A stretch of DNA of 64,000 nt from Salisapilia sapeloensis CBS 127946 (GCA_023334545.1 JAADVB010000039.1:38063-102062), one strand, 5' to 3'. Positions 45,749 through 58,155 are shown, numbered from the stretch's first letter. Numbers and translations are program-made. The notes: generated by a model from the sequence alone, not told the origin.

Positions 45749-47936
45749 TTATGTACTCGCCTGGGTCTGCAACTTGGGTACACGCTTCGGCTTGTCGAGA
45801 GAAATGTGTTGAATACGCACCGTTCCCAACACATTCTCCGGTAGCTCTTCTTCCGTCTGTGCTTCCAATAAGAACGCCATGTCGACTACAAGTGACTTGG
45901 TGACGCCTTGGACCATCCCAACGATATGATTCGCGACGGAATTGGACGAAATGTCCACATCCACTTCAAAGTAGTTCTCTCCTTTATGATACGGACACTG
46001 GAGTTTATTCCCGAGCAACGTCGGCTTGGATCCGACGGACTGTTTAATGATAAAACTACCTTCGACAATCGTCGGAATGAGTTTAAATCGAGAGTTCCGG
46101 AACGCATCGTCTCCGTCCAAAAAGTCAGTCAAGAGTTCCGAGAAAGGAGATCCGTCGTCAAAGATATTATCATGCGTCGGTTGGAAGTACATGGCAAGAG
46201 ATAGATTCTCTGGTCCGGGAATAATCATATTGATGACAAACGTGAACTTGGAGGACGTTTTGCCAATACTTTCCGGTCGAGACGAGATGTGATATCGTTC
46301 TGCTGGATCTTCAAATGAAAAGAGATCCATGCCGACCGTGTGGAATTTCGATGGACTCGATGGCACTTTCTTCTTACTCACCAAGTAGCTCGGTCCACGT
46401 ACCATAAAGAGCGCAGCATCGGGCTCTGCCCAGTACTTTTGAGACACACTCGTCTCGACGGTCTGAACACCCAGGACGATGCCAGACGGATCCACCGTCG
46501 TGCCTTGCTCAGCAGACGACCCGGCTTCCTCCGCCAACGCCTCAGCACTCTCCGGCGTCACCGTCACATTCGGCGTGACAAAGTCCACGTGACTCATTTC
46601 ATCTCGAATGCCAATGACACTACGTAGCATGGGCAAGACAAGGTCCACATCCATACCTAGTTGATGATAGATCTGGGACCACCCACATGGATCCATTCGC
46701 ACGACAAGGCTCACGAGGGATCGAATGGCACCACTAGAAGACACCTTCTGCGGTGCAATGACGAATCCACCGCCCATAAAGTTCGCACGAACGTAGTTAT
46801 GACGCACACGACACTCTGGATGAGCGACACTCTGGTACATGACAAAGTAAGATCCATCTTCCTCTCGACGCCAGTAGCGTAAGAGGACAAGGTCTCGCGG
46901 TTTATGCCACACTGGCCACAGATACGTCGGACGCTGCGTCATGTATACGATATCTGCGTGATCATCCAGTTGCTGGATGACCTTCATGGTCGCGATACTT
47001 GGGTTCCATCGCTGGTACCGGTTCGAATTCATGATGAGCCGAAAGACATCGGAAGGAGAACCATGCACCACTTGCGAGACACGGTAGGAAGGGATCTCGA
47101 GATTGGCTGGCGTCGGCACCACCGCCATGCAGCACACAGCGACGGCGGCACCGGCAGTAAGGAAGCACAGCAACATGTTCGACACGAAAGAGTACATGAT
47201 ACTAAAGGAAAGCACAGCCGAGACGACGCTCGACAAGACCAAACCATTCGCCGTCGCGGCATGTTGCGCGTAGATGGAGGCAGCGACAGTGTGGCCGAGT
47301 GGACACTCCTGCATGATACGCAGACCTTCCGTGACTCTGGCGAGCCACCAGCCTTGTTCCTGCTGCGGGTCGTCTCCATCCAGATTAAAAAGCTGCACCG
47401 TGTCTTCATCACGTTGTAGCATCTTGGGCACTGGTGCTGGAGTTGGAAAGTCATATGCGTCCGTCTTCATCTTACGCTGGTGACGTGCCTTCTCCTGCAA
47501 GGACCGGACGCCGTCTTCAATCGCTCGTTTCCAGTCCCGAGCATCTTGCTCGGTCTTGGCACCTAATTCTAAGAACCGATCTTTCTTAGAACTCTTCTCT
47601 CGCTTCTCGACACTGAAAGTGATGCGGAACATGTAGACTATCACGGAGATAAGTTCTGCTTCTTAGATACGATGGATAAATGTCTACCATGATGTTTGTG
47701 CTTATCTTCAGAATTATACAATTCACCAACGACACAGCCTTCCGTTAGGACGTACGTGCCTCGAGGAGCAGGATCACCTCGACGACGATAGTATCGAAGC
47801 TGATTCCCATCAAGCACAAAGTAGCGCTCCACTAGATTCATCTTCGTAAGTATGCGAGTACGTGGTGTAATTGGAAGGTATACGCACACCAGATGAGGTT
47901 CATGTGATCTCTTCTTTTCGTCAACCACCCTTCCAT
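45749..47936 (-). CDS. PH + START + EDR2-C (DUF1336) protein, EDR2-like; at least 3 exons
   Basis: MEGWLTKR..W|LERYFVL (PH); RYQRWNP..KPRDLVLLRYWRREEDGSY (START); FMVRGPSYL..KK..FRNSRFKLIP..WxxK-like FIIKQSV..YFEVDVDISS. Extra 5' exons are possible. Confidence 0.92.
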
Positions 47937-48197
47937 CGTCACTCGATCTCCAATGCTTCCCTTTGATTCCTAAATGGGATCGAGGACGCCCGAAGGCTAT
48001 TAGCTGCTATGATACACACGATGTCTAGTAACAAAAGACGAACCTGGTATTGCCGTTGCTGTCTGTCGTTCAGCAACTAATGGAGTGAGGCACAAATGTC
48101 TAAATGAGATACTTGGGGGACGTCCGACGCTGCGATGCACACCCGGAGTTCAGTCTTGAGATCCGCTTGATCGAGCTTCTCATGTGTAATGCTACAA

Positions 48198-48239
48198 CCA
48201 ATCAACAGCCGTGTGGATAAAATAATAGACGATGATTGG
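48198..48239. promoter_or_regulatory. Inverted pair of CCAAT boxes in the EDR2-like/TACO1 divergent spacer
   Basis: CCAATC 48198-48203 and GATTGG 48234-48239. Confidence 0.45.
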
Positions 48240-48279
48240 ACATACCTGATCTCCGTCGACACAAATATTCCGTTTGGAT

Positions 48280-49180
48280 ATGCGGTGGCTACGACCTCGA
48301 CCGTTCGTCCAGACTGCGCTTACGCAGTCGATATGGAAACTCAATGTCCGGTATATGGGTCGAGGACCGACGATTCAAGGCCGGAAGAATGCTACAGATG
48401 CCGTATGAAAGCTAGATAATGCTACATATCGTCCTAGCTAAGATCATGTCGATGCATATGTAGAAAAGGACGGCCACGAATGCCAAGCTTGCACGTGAGC
48501 TTACTGTCATCTCCAAGTCTGTGAACGGAGACCGTGACAATATGGTATTTAGATTATCTACTTTTGTATAGTCAAAGATCCTCATATAAAACTAGCGTCT
48601 CGCTTCGGTCATCACGAAAGCCAAGTCGGCCAATATGCCCAAGGACAAGATCGACGCAGCTATTAAGCGTGGCGTCGACGGGAAGGACGGTGCTAACGTC
48701 GAAGAAGTCCTGTACGAAGCGTCTGGTCCAGCTGGAAGTGCCTTTATGATCGAAACGCTGACGGACAATCGAAAGCGTACGGCACCAGCTCTCCGTAGCA
48801 TCCTCGGCAAGTACAATGGCTCGCTCGGTACGACCGGCTCGGTCGCATGGAACTTCCAACGCAAAGGCTATATCGAAATTGACCTCGCTAGTTCCAACAA
48901 AGATGAGGATGAGTTGATGGAGCTAGCGTTGGAAGCAGGTGCCGACGACCTGGAAGTCCGTGACGCTGTTGCTCAAGTAACGTGCGATCCTTCCGACCTT
49001 GCGTCCGTTCGTCAGAGCCTCCTCGACGCCGACTTGGAGCCATCCATTGCAGAGCTCATCTATGACGCGAATGACTACCTTGATCTCGATGCATCGACGA
49101 AAGAGACATTCCAAAAGCTAGTAGACGCTTTGAACGACAATGAAGACGTGAACCAACTGCATCACAATGTGAATGAATAA
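48280..49180 (+). CDS. TACO1: YebC/PmpR/TACO1-family protein with mitochondrial presequence; 3 exons
   Basis: MGRGPTIQGRKNATDA|KR..AKLARE, RLASVITKAKSANMPKDKIDAAIKRG, YEASGPAGSAFMIETLTDNRKRT, NEDVNQLHHN. Confidence 0.92.
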
Positions 49181-49235
49181 CACGCTCGTTACGAAATTCC
49201 AACATCTTTACTTATATACAGACACTCGTGTCAGA

Positions 49236-50606
49236 TCAGACGCTACGTCCACTCGAATCCTCTTCTCCAGACGCATCACTTTCATCTGCACTCACGTCCA
49301 TCTCATCCTCTTCCTCCGACTCGACTTCAAACTCGAGACAGTATCTCGTCGGATCGAAGCGAATGTGCTTCTTCCCTTTGGTCTTCTTTTCCGTCGATAC
49401 ATACACCTCGTCTCGGAACTCGACTGGAATACGTGCTCTCGCTTCTCGTAGTCGCTTCGTTAGCTCCGATGTCGCAGGGTTACTGATCGATGGCTTTCGA
49501 CTGCGAATGGATCGAGGTCGAGACGACCCGCCTCGGCGCTGGGACATATGTGACTTGTATCCGCCTAGGAACTCGGTCACGTTGGCCGAGTTCTCGGACG
49601 AGACGATGACTTGTCCGTTCTCCGTCGCCGAGTTCTGTCTCTCTCGAGGGTGAAAGTCGACATCCTTGACGTTGAGGAAAGAAGAATTCATCAAGTGCTC
49701 GACTTCAACGTCTTCTTCATCCGAATGGCGCTTCTCCGGTACGTTACACGGATGCACAGGGACACTCGAGTCACGGCGTGGTAAGCCATCGACGGATCCA
49801 TCTTCCCCCACAAGTGTCACTGGATCTTCTTGCTTGGTATCATCCGTCGAATAGTTGTTTCCACTACCCAAGACTGCTGTAAATGCTGCTTCATCCTCGG
49901 CATCGATCGTAGGACTCTCGTGACGGAACTTTTTGTTCTTGATTTTATTCTTGAGCTGGAGTAGCTTGGACTTCTTTTCGTGTTTATCATTTTCATGCGA
50001 ATGAAGTGAATGACGGACGGAAAACCTTTGGCTCCGTTGCGACTTGTTCGATCGATGGATGAACAAACCCTCGCGACCTGCTTCTCGTAAGAACTCTTCG
50101 TCATCTAAATCCGTCCGACTCGTCTCGAGAGATGGAGATGACCGACGCAGTTCAGACCAGCGTAATTGCGGATTCGTCTTGGGATTTTTCACACTCGCAG
50201 ACTTGCCAACTTCTTCCAGAACGCTGGATAACGATGTCAGTTTGCGTCCTTCGCATGTCGTCGTGTCTGGTGTAGACGAATTATAAATGGCAGGGACGCT
50301 ATGAAGACCGGTGGAAGACCTTGGACGAGCACGATTTGCTCGTAGGTTTGTCGTGCGCGAGAAACAACGTTCATAGGTGGTCATCCCGGGTTTGACAAAC
50401 CGACGTCGAGGTCGACGCTCGGAAAACTCTTCATCGTCCATCAAGTCCTCACTTTCATACGCTTCGAGACTGTACGAAGCGACCGTTGAGTCGTTGGAAG
50501 TAGGCGGTGCATCGCACATGTGACTCGTTCCGTACGTATTGCCAGGAGACGCCATCGAAGACGGAGAGTGGTCGTCGAATTTGTCGGCAAAATTCACGGC
50601 TAACAT
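49236..50606 (-). CDS. Hypothetical Ser/Arg/acidic disordered protein with an RVxF-like motif near the C-terminus
   Basis: 456-codon ORF filling the gap between neighbours; KKHIRFD followed by an acidic tail. No globular domain recognised. Confidence 0.7.
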   Translation of the reverse strand: MLAVNFADKFDDHSPSSMASPGNTYGTSHMCDAPPTSNDSTVASYSLEAYESEDLMDDEEFSERRPRRRFVKPGMTTYERCFSRTTNLRANRARPRSSTGLHSVPAIYNSSTPDTTTCEGRKLTSLSSVLEEVGKSASVKNPKTNPQLRWSELRRSSPSLETSRTDLDDEEFLREAGREGLFIHRSNKSQRSQRFSVRHSLHSHENDKHEKKSKLLQLKNKIKNKKFRHESPTIDAEDEAAFTAVLGSGNNYSTDDTKQEDPVTLVGEDGSVDGLPRRDSSVPVHPCNVPEKRHSDEEDVEVEHLMNSSFLNVKDVDFHPRERQNSATENGQVIVSSENSANVTEFLGGYKSHMSQRRGGSSRPRSIRSRKPSISNPATSELTKRLREARARIPVEFRDEVYVSTEKKTKGKKHIRFDPTRYCLEFEVESEEEDEMDVSADESDASGEEDSSGRSV

Positions 50607-51123
50607 ACTGTATGGCGAATATGGAGGTATGTCTTATACTGAAAACGATGGCTAACTGTTCCACGACTGCTGTGACTGCTACTACTCGCTTGCAAGCGTT
50701 TCTCTACTATCGACGCGACTGGGTAAGCAGGACGGGACGAAGAGGAGAATGCACTTCGATACTAAAAACACATCAGACTCGGCGAGCCAATCGCTAACGA
50801 GAATCCAATTCAACCCTACCCATGCCGTCCGATTGTCACTTGCGCACACATATACAAGGTGTATAAACCTGCCCCTGGTATGCATTAATGGTGGCGGAAG
50901 TTTCTCGAGAGGCTCGAGTCATCTCGACTTCCTGCACAGCCAGGTGGAAAGGTGGCAGGATAAGCCAGTGATACATGGATGATATATGTACGGAGAACCC
51001 TATGCTAACAAGTTGCCCGTGTTGATCTTGATATCCGTACGGCATGGACGAACATGGTAACCTACGAGTCTGTATCTGATGCTCTGTGTACTAGGAATAT
51101 TGTATTTGCTCAGTCAAAAGATC

Positions 51124-52395
51124 ATGGATCTATACCACAAGCACGTACGGTCCATTTTCGCAAACGATGGCGCGATATTCGATCCGGTGCGACACGGCCA
51201 CGGTTACCAGGATCAAGACGCTTCGGGAAGATTTTGTATTTATCAACTCAACATGCCGAGCCCAACGCCACACTTCCATTGCCCGCAACTGTCTGCCTCG
51301 CGCCGACAGCAAATTATTAAGGAAGCAAACCTCGCGTGTGATGAGCTAATTCGCTTTTCTGCTGGCGAACTCTTCGGCGCGACGAACGCCGATCAAACTC
51401 CATTCCACCCCGATGACGTTCGAGTCAAAAAGTCCACTTCGAAAACACGCAAATCTATGTTCTACCTACGTGGCGAAGCGCATATCCAAGCACCAGTCGT
51501 CGACCTCATGGCAGCATTTACAGTTCACGACGATCCGAATGACAATGCACGTCTGACGCCGGATCTACTCCAGTCCTCTCTGCTCTACGAGCTCAAGCCG
51601 TACGACTCGGAAGATACGACAATCTTCATTGGCGTCTGGTGGATGGCCATACGTGCACCATATAGCTCTGCCTTGTCATCTCCGCGAGACTTTTGCCTCC
51701 TCGAGCTCCAACGTCGTTTCACACTACCCGACGGTCGGAATGGATTTGCTCGCTGCCTCCACTCGGTGACGATCGAAGCTTGCCCTGACTTACAGGAGGG
51801 CTATGGCTACGTTCGAGGCAGCATGTACCGATCTGGCTATCTCGCAGTCGAATCCCAACGCGACCCTCGCTACACGACGGATGCCGTCCAAGCAGTGTAC
51901 ATGAACTTGAAAGGTGCTGTCCCGCGATGGGTCACGACGGTCGATATGCGCAAGAAACTGCTTAATCTGCGCCACTTGAAGACACACGTCGAGACGAAAC
52001 GCATTGCCGGTCAAACTTTTGCTCGTGACCGTGATCTCAAGAATGTCGGGGACGTGACGAGTTGCTACGCCTGTTTAGCCGAGCTCGGACGCTTCCGTCG
52101 ACGTTTCAATTGCCACAAGTGTGGTGAAGTCGTCTGCTCTTCGTGCAAAACGAGCGTGAGAGCGAACATGCCGGTCGCGGGGCGTGTGAAAATCACCATC
52201 TGCTCCTTGTGCTCTTTATCCATGGACAGCAGGCGGACACTCACGAGCGGTCAGTCACTCGAAGATTTACGTCAGTCGATGCCGAGAAGTCAGAATCTGT
52301 ATATGTATCAGGCCAAGACAAGAGTTCGGGAGCGCGCAGTGAGTTGGGAATCCTTCCGGACGCTCCAGATCGATCAGACATACCTTGAGCAGTAA
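51124..52395 (+). CDS. START-like + FYVE-type zinc finger protein (paralogue 4)
   Basis: SPRDFCLLE..DGRNGFARCLHSVTIEACPDL..GYVRGSMYRSGY; CYAC..CHKCGEVVCSSC..ICSLC. Confidence 0.88.
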   Translation: MDLYHKHVRSIFANDGAIFDPVRHGHGYQDQDASGRFCIYQLNMPSPTPHFHCPQLSASRRQQIIKEANLACDELIRFSAGELFGATNADQTPFHPDDVRVKKSTSKTRKSMFYLRGEAHIQAPVVDLMAAFTVHDDPNDNARLTPDLLQSSLLYELKPYDSEDTTIFIGVWWMAIRAPYSSALSSPRDFCLLELQRRFTLPDGRNGFARCLHSVTIEACPDLQEGYGYVRGSMYRSGYLAVESQRDPRYTTDAVQAVYMNLKGAVPRWVTTVDMRKKLLNLRHLKTHVETKRIAGQTFARDRDLKNVGDVTSCYACLAELGRFRRRFNCHKCGEVVCSSCKTSVRANMPVAGRVKITICSLCSLSMDSRRTLTSGQSLEDLRQSMPRSQNLYMYQAKTRVRERAVSWESFRTLQIDQTYLEQ

Positions 52396-52438
52396 AACAG
52401 CAAAAGAATGTACTTCTTTTATTTCATCCAACGCGTTT

Positions 52439-55400
52439 CTAGTTAATCGAGTCGATACCAGCACGCACACCTCCACGCATGAGCAAGTCGGCAATATCTT
52501 CCTTACTAGCAATACCCGAGCTTTCAATGTCTCCCACCAGTTTCTCCACCTTCTTCTCTTGCTTGAGGTATTGGAGAGCCAACTCTGCCAAGTTCTTTTC
52601 CGATAAAGACTCGGTGAATTGCAGACCTTCACGATAGACAATCTTGGACGCAAGACCTGCGGCCACGATACTCTTGACGTATGCCAAAGGCACTTGCTTC
52701 TGCACACGGTCAAGCGCCATTTCTCGGAGCTTGGGCGGCAAGTGGTTCTCAACTAACGTCAGCAACATCTCTTGCTCGTCCTGCGCAAAGCTGTCGAAGC
52801 GGTCAAAGACCGTGTCGTGCACGCGCATGATGGCACGACTGATACGTTCACTGACAGGAGGAAGCGCCTCATGCGGCTTCTTCTTGTACTCACGGAAGAG
52901 CAGCTGCGCTTCGACGCGAGCGAGTTCACGCAGCTTGTCGACGACTTCGACCACGAGCTCCGGCTTTACATCAAGGAACTCTTCCGTCTCCAATAGCATG
53001 CTCGCAACGATTTCGTAGGAGCTGCAGACGACACCACACTTGTTCGCCGAACTGTCCTTGACGATGACGACACCACCCTTGTCAAAGAGCAATTGACGTG
53101 CTTCAGGCGTCACGAACAAGTTGGCACCTTCCACAATGAGCTTGCACGACGGGTTACCATTCACATCCAAGTACTCGTGGTAGTTGTTCTCGTTGATCGT
53201 GTTCGGGCGACCGCCAGCAGGGATGAACAAGTCACTCTTCACGCGGTTGTGCATCGAGTTACGTGCTCGGATGCCTTCACGCGTTGTGGCATCATGCGCA
53301 ACGCCGTTAGCACCAACCTTGCTCTTATCAAAGGACGAGAGAGGCTCGGACGCGTCCACAAGACGCAAGAGCTCATTCATGTCGAGTCCTTCCGGGTCTT
53401 CCACGACACCCGTGCCGTCGCAGATACCCACAACGCGAACGTTGCTGCCGTACTCTCTCGCGAGGATCTTGATAATGTTACCAGCAACATCTCCGTCCGT
53501 ACCACCCGTGATCTTGACCGTGAACGGCTGCGAGCGTCCGTCAATGTTCTGAGATTTGAGCGCGACGTCGGCAAAGACAGCGACACCTTCGCTCGTGACA
53601 CCAAACTCCTTGTGGTTAAAGCCAGCGTCTGGCTTGGAACTAATAAACGCACGCGGGACAGGGTATCCTCTCTGGACAGCACGGTTGGTCATCCACGTGA
53701 TGTCCTGCGGGATGATGTTCTCATCTGGACCCAAGTAGATGAGCTCGTCCTTACCGTAGTAGTCCGTGATCTTATCCAAGACGGTCTGATCACGCGTGTT
53801 CAAATCAAGAAGAGCGTCTGAGAAGGCCTTGACACTCTTGCGAATGATAAAGTCCTTCGGGGCAAAGTCACCAATCGGTCCGACCTCTGGGTCACACAAG
53901 ACGACGGCCTTAGATCCACCTTCGGGAATGTCCTTGTTCTTCAGCTGCTGAGCAAACGCCAGATTGTACGCTTCGTTGTACTGACGAGCACTCTCCTGTG
54001 CATACGCGTCACCAGAGCCAGGGTACACGACACGCAGACCACCGCGAGAGATGTCACGGAAACGGACGTGGAAACCCTTGAATCGACGACCATAGATGAA
54101 GAAGACACCGTACGGGATCTCGTCGCCGACAGTGCCGTAGCCCATGACCGATGGGTCCATACGCAGCGCGAGGGCGTACCTGTCACGCACAAACTTGTTC
54201 GTACGAAGAGTCTTGGTGACAGCGTCGACGAAAGCGTTCAAGATCTCGATACTATCCTCCGTCTCGACATTACGACGAATGTCAGCCTTGATGTCAGCAG
54301 CCTTGTTCTCGGTCTCTTCGTCCGTCAATTTGGTACGGGACGGATCGAAGCGGTCGTTGAAAAGATCTCCGATGCGAGATGCGAGAGGCAAGTTCTGAGG
54401 ATGCTCCAGCACCTCCAAGATACGGTTAAGAGAGTACGCGAACGGGTCTTTGCGTGCCAACATGCCGTGGAGCATGTTTCCGTACGCGTGGATGATCTCG
54501 GCTCGAGAGAGACCGAGCTCCGGGTACTTGGTCGTCAGCTGCAGCGGCTTGTCATCGACCCACTTGAGGTACTTGAGGTTACCACCAATCTTAAGCCACT
54601 CGTACTTTTTCTCACGGGCAATCGCTTCGTCGGTAGGAGACACGAGGATACGGAGCATGCTCACGTCCTTGTTGTCGTGCTCGGCATCTTCAATCACGTC
54701 CAAGTGAGCACGAACGACGTTGAGCTCGCATAGACCGAGGTACGTCGCTGCCTTTTGCATCAACGACTTGGCAAGAATGTTGGACGCAGCGATCGTGATC
54801 ATCGTCTGGGGACGTCCAGTGCCAGTGAGCTTGTTCTCCTGGACACGGTCTTCCCATCCATGCTCGACATCGACCTTAACACCTTCCGTGCCCTTGACAC
54901 GTTCGAACAAGGCGATTTGGGAAGCAATACGACGAGGGTGGCTGTACTGGACGTAGATGGAGTTGCAACGCTTCAAGAAGTTGTCAACAGCGTCAGGCTC
55001 AAAGTACGGAGCTGGCTCCGGGTACCCTTCCTGGTCCTTGTACTTGCCACTTTGGAGGTCAGCAATGAACGTTTGGATTTCATCACGAGCAGACTGTTCT
55101 TCCGCCGTCTTGCCAGTGAACATGTCTTGGTACCCGTAACGGAACATGTCGAGGCCCATGGTGTCGTCCAACGCCGTGAAGATCTTGACACGTGCGAGCT
55201 GGCCGCCATCGACGTCAGTCGGGAGTTGCGCCAAGACTTGGGCGAGTCGACCAGGGTAGTTGGCACCAGGACGGATATGGGAGAAGACTTTGTCGTCCGG
55301 AGATCGGAGCAGGACCTCTGGCTGCTGGGCATGTTGCAATGCCGTGATCGCGTTCAAGTGCTGGAGGCGATCCGACTCACCGATGGAGCGGAAGTAGGAC

Positions 55401-55725
55401 ATGGGCATGTTGTCCAGAAACCATCTAGAGGATCTAGCGTGAGTATGATAGCACAAGATACGGATAGAATTGCAAAGCGTACGAAACGGATTTGTTGGCA
55501 GCTTGCTGCTGGAAGTTGTTCAAGTCCTGGAGCAACTTGTCCTTGGACTCGGGTGGTGTCTGCAGTACATGTGAGAAGATTGCAAGGTGGAAGAGAGGGG
55601 ATGGATTCTACCTGCGTCGCGTACGAGTTCGAGATGGCAGCAAGGGTGTTGCGCTGCGGACGCTGGCTGACGCGTGTCGTCGCAATCGAGGCACGGGTCC
55701 TCGAGGCATGCTGGATGGCACGCAT
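52439..55725 (-). CDS. Large NAD-specific glutamate dehydrogenase with mitochondrial presequence; 3 exons
   Basis: GFHVRFRDISRGGLR, QQLKNKDIPEGGSK, LGPDEN, SSKP..G.NHKEFGVTSEGV, GGTDGDVAGN, IVEGANLF, DSSANKCGVVCSSYE. 5' exons read MRAIQH..YATQ|TPPESK..KSVS|WFLDNMP. Confidence 0.96.
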
Positions 55726-55863
55726 GGTGTCGAGAAGAAAGAAGGTGTGGGGGGTAGACAGCAAGCTGCAAAGTGTGCCTCGACTGGTCTAGAGGAGGCC
55801 GGAGGTAGCTAGGTACCAAGATCGACCTCACGATTTTAAGCTTGCAATTTGTATACTTTCAGC

Positions 55864-55895
55864 GATTGGGGCTATATTTCGATTTAACGCCAATC
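55864..55895. promoter_or_regulatory. Inverted pair of CCAAT boxes in the GDH/MORN divergent spacer
   Basis: GATTGG 55864-55869 and CCAATC 55890-55895. Confidence 0.45.
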
Positions 55896-56017
55896 ATATC
55901 TACGTACGAACTTCAAGTTGTCTGTCTCATGGTTATGAGTTGGGGGATTGTGCTCGAAATGCATTTTCGGTAGTACTTACGTGACTGTAGAGGTTGTGAC
56001 TCGTAAAATTGAAACGG

Positions 56018-57475
56018 ATGCATGTATATGCTCTAGTGTCTACACGAAGAGAAATGGAGGGCTGTATGGACAAACAAGTTGTGAGCATGAATCTCGAGCA
56101 CCAATGCCAAGTGGTTGAAGCAATGACGCATGAATTGGATATTACTGACACGCGTTCGTCTACGCCGCGTCGTGCAGATCCGGTATCGAGTACAAATTTA
56201 CTGGAGATCGACTCTGCCAAAGCAGAGATGTCGATTCATGATAAAGTTCAACAAGAGCTGGAACAATACGCGGCGCGAGTATGGCAGAGCGATGTCTTGC
56301 AACGTCGGACTTGGACGGATAGACCGCAAACGAGCTTCGAGCTGGTCGTCCTTGAAGCTGGGGAATTATTGGATGTGATCTCGCTCGATTCCGGTGCAAA
56401 ATATTTTGGGCAAACAGTGCCAAGAGACGAAGCAAATGTGCCACACGGACTGGGCGTGCGCACCGATGAGGACGGATCTAAGGCGTGCGGGTACTACAGC
56501 AATGGGCAGCTTACTTCCTACGGAACACTACGCAGTGAAGTTTTCTCGTATGAAGGGATGTTTCAATCGAATCAGCCGGAAGGCTATGGCATAGGCCGCT
56601 GGAGCTGTGGCTACTTTTTCCAAGGAGTATGGAAAGCTGGGAAACCCTTTGGTCTCGGTCGTCTCCATAACGCGATGAAGCCACTAGATGAAGATTGCGA
56701 AATCGGGTGGTTCGACGGCATCGCCAACCTCCGTCCTTGCACATGTGCCCATGAAGATACGGACGTTGCTGCCACCCAACTGGTGCACCATCCTCAACGA
56801 GGTCTTCACCTTCTTTGCAATCAAGTGGACACGTGGTGTGTTCGTCAGCTGCGACGAGCTATGAACACGTGGATGAGACTTTGCTGTCACAACGTTCTGA
56901 GCATGGCGAGGGAGAGTCGTCTACGAGCTTTAGATGCGTGGAAGCAAGCCAACGATGTCGAGCGACAAGCCTGGAATGCACACATGCAACGTAGAGAAAT
57001 GCAATATAAAGTCGATGAACATGATTTCTTAAAGGCAGTTGGGAAAGCACGTGAAGAGTACGATCAAATGAATCGTACAAAAGAGTTTTACGCTATCAAG
57101 TTAAACGATGCAGTACTTCGAAACAGAGCTGCAAAAGCCGTTATAAGCTCCCAAGAAGCAGTTGAGAAAGCAGTCGAGAATCAAATTAGAGAATGCAAGG
57201 TACGTATCGAGGATACACATGAAGCAGAGACAAGATACAAGCAGCGTCAGCAGGAGCTTGAAACCGTTTATAGTCACATCGATGAAGCTGCAGGCACTCT
57301 AGCGGATCTTGACCACCAGCTACATACTCTTCTAGCATCTCAAGCTACCGAGACGACGGTAGAACCGACACCTCGACCGACGCTACCATTTGTCTGTGAC
57401 TCGGACGGATGCCAATGTGGCATTCCACGAGATGTGTATCTACGCGTTGCGTCGGTACTTAATGGTGATCAATAA
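56018..57475 (+). CDS. MORN-repeat and coiled-coil protein
   Basis: KYFGQ..PHGLG, GYYSNGQLTSYG, YEGMFQSNQPEGYG, FQGVWKAGKPFGLG; long coiled coil; terminal VCDSDGCQCG. Confidence 0.8.
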   Translation: MHVYALVSTRREMEGCMDKQVVSMNLEHQCQVVEAMTHELDITDTRSSTPRRADPVSSTNLLEIDSAKAEMSIHDKVQQELEQYAARVWQSDVLQRRTWTDRPQTSFELVVLEAGELLDVISLDSGAKYFGQTVPRDEANVPHGLGVRTDEDGSKACGYYSNGQLTSYGTLRSEVFSYEGMFQSNQPEGYGIGRWSCGYFFQGVWKAGKPFGLGRLHNAMKPLDEDCEIGWFDGIANLRPCTCAHEDTDVAATQLVHHPQRGLHLLCNQVDTWCVRQLRRAMNTWMRLCCHNVLSMARESRLRALDAWKQANDVERQAWNAHMQRREMQYKVDEHDFLKAVGKAREEYDQMNRTKEFYAIKLNDAVLRNRAAKAVISSQEAVEKAVENQIRECKVRIEDTHEAETRYKQRQQELETVYSHIDEAAGTLADLDHQLHTLLASQATETTVEPTPRPTLPFVCDSDGCQCGIPRDVYLRVASVLNGDQ

Positions 57476-58155
57476 TTTTAAAGAAGCGTAAAAGGAAAGC
57501 ATGTATGTTCGTACCCACTAGGCTACTGTTTGCTCAACCGTTCGGCCAACGACTTCTGGTCATGTTCACGCATTGCGCTGCGGAGCAGGGCTCCCGAAAA
57601 TTAAACACGGAAAATAGCAAACTCAGTTATCTGGATTGGCCAGAATTATTGCTCGGGCAATCATGAACTGGTGATATATTCTGCATTTTACTCAAAGTTT
57701 TCAATAGGAATTAAAACAACCATGTGAGCTAACTCGTTCAGCAGATCTTTCAATACATTTTCCTATATATTTTGCTCTGGTGTGATCCGGCACATGCTTA
57801 TGCAATGCAATTGGTAGAACAGTAAAATTGTAGCTAATCAGATATAATGCATGCAGACAAAATCATGCAGGGTAAGAAATCTGGACAGAAAGCATAATCG
57901 GTATTTGGTGTCTTTTTGGAGACTCTGGAGCAGGACTTGAAGTTGTGGAGGATTTTCTTCTAGGGTGCCTCATGGAGAAAACAAATGCGCAAATTAGGAA
58001 CCCATAAAGCCGAGTATGGTCTATCTACTTGAAATTTGTATGTGAGAATGTTTTATAATGTAATTCGTATACGACTTCAAATAGATATACGAAAAGAATA
58101 CTATTTAAAGTAGCTACATCACTTAGTCTATTTAATCTTTAATTCGGCGTGAAGT

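Noticed and set aside
53093-55792. Long + strand ORFs (242, 221 and 345 aa) antisense to NAD-GDH, recalling the historical claim of an HSP70/GDH sense-antisense pair in an oomycete
   Set aside because: None contains HSP70 or any other recognisable motif. They are shadow frames expected opposite a strongly codon-biased gene, and similar shadows lie opposite the acyl-CoA synthetase and the RRM gene.
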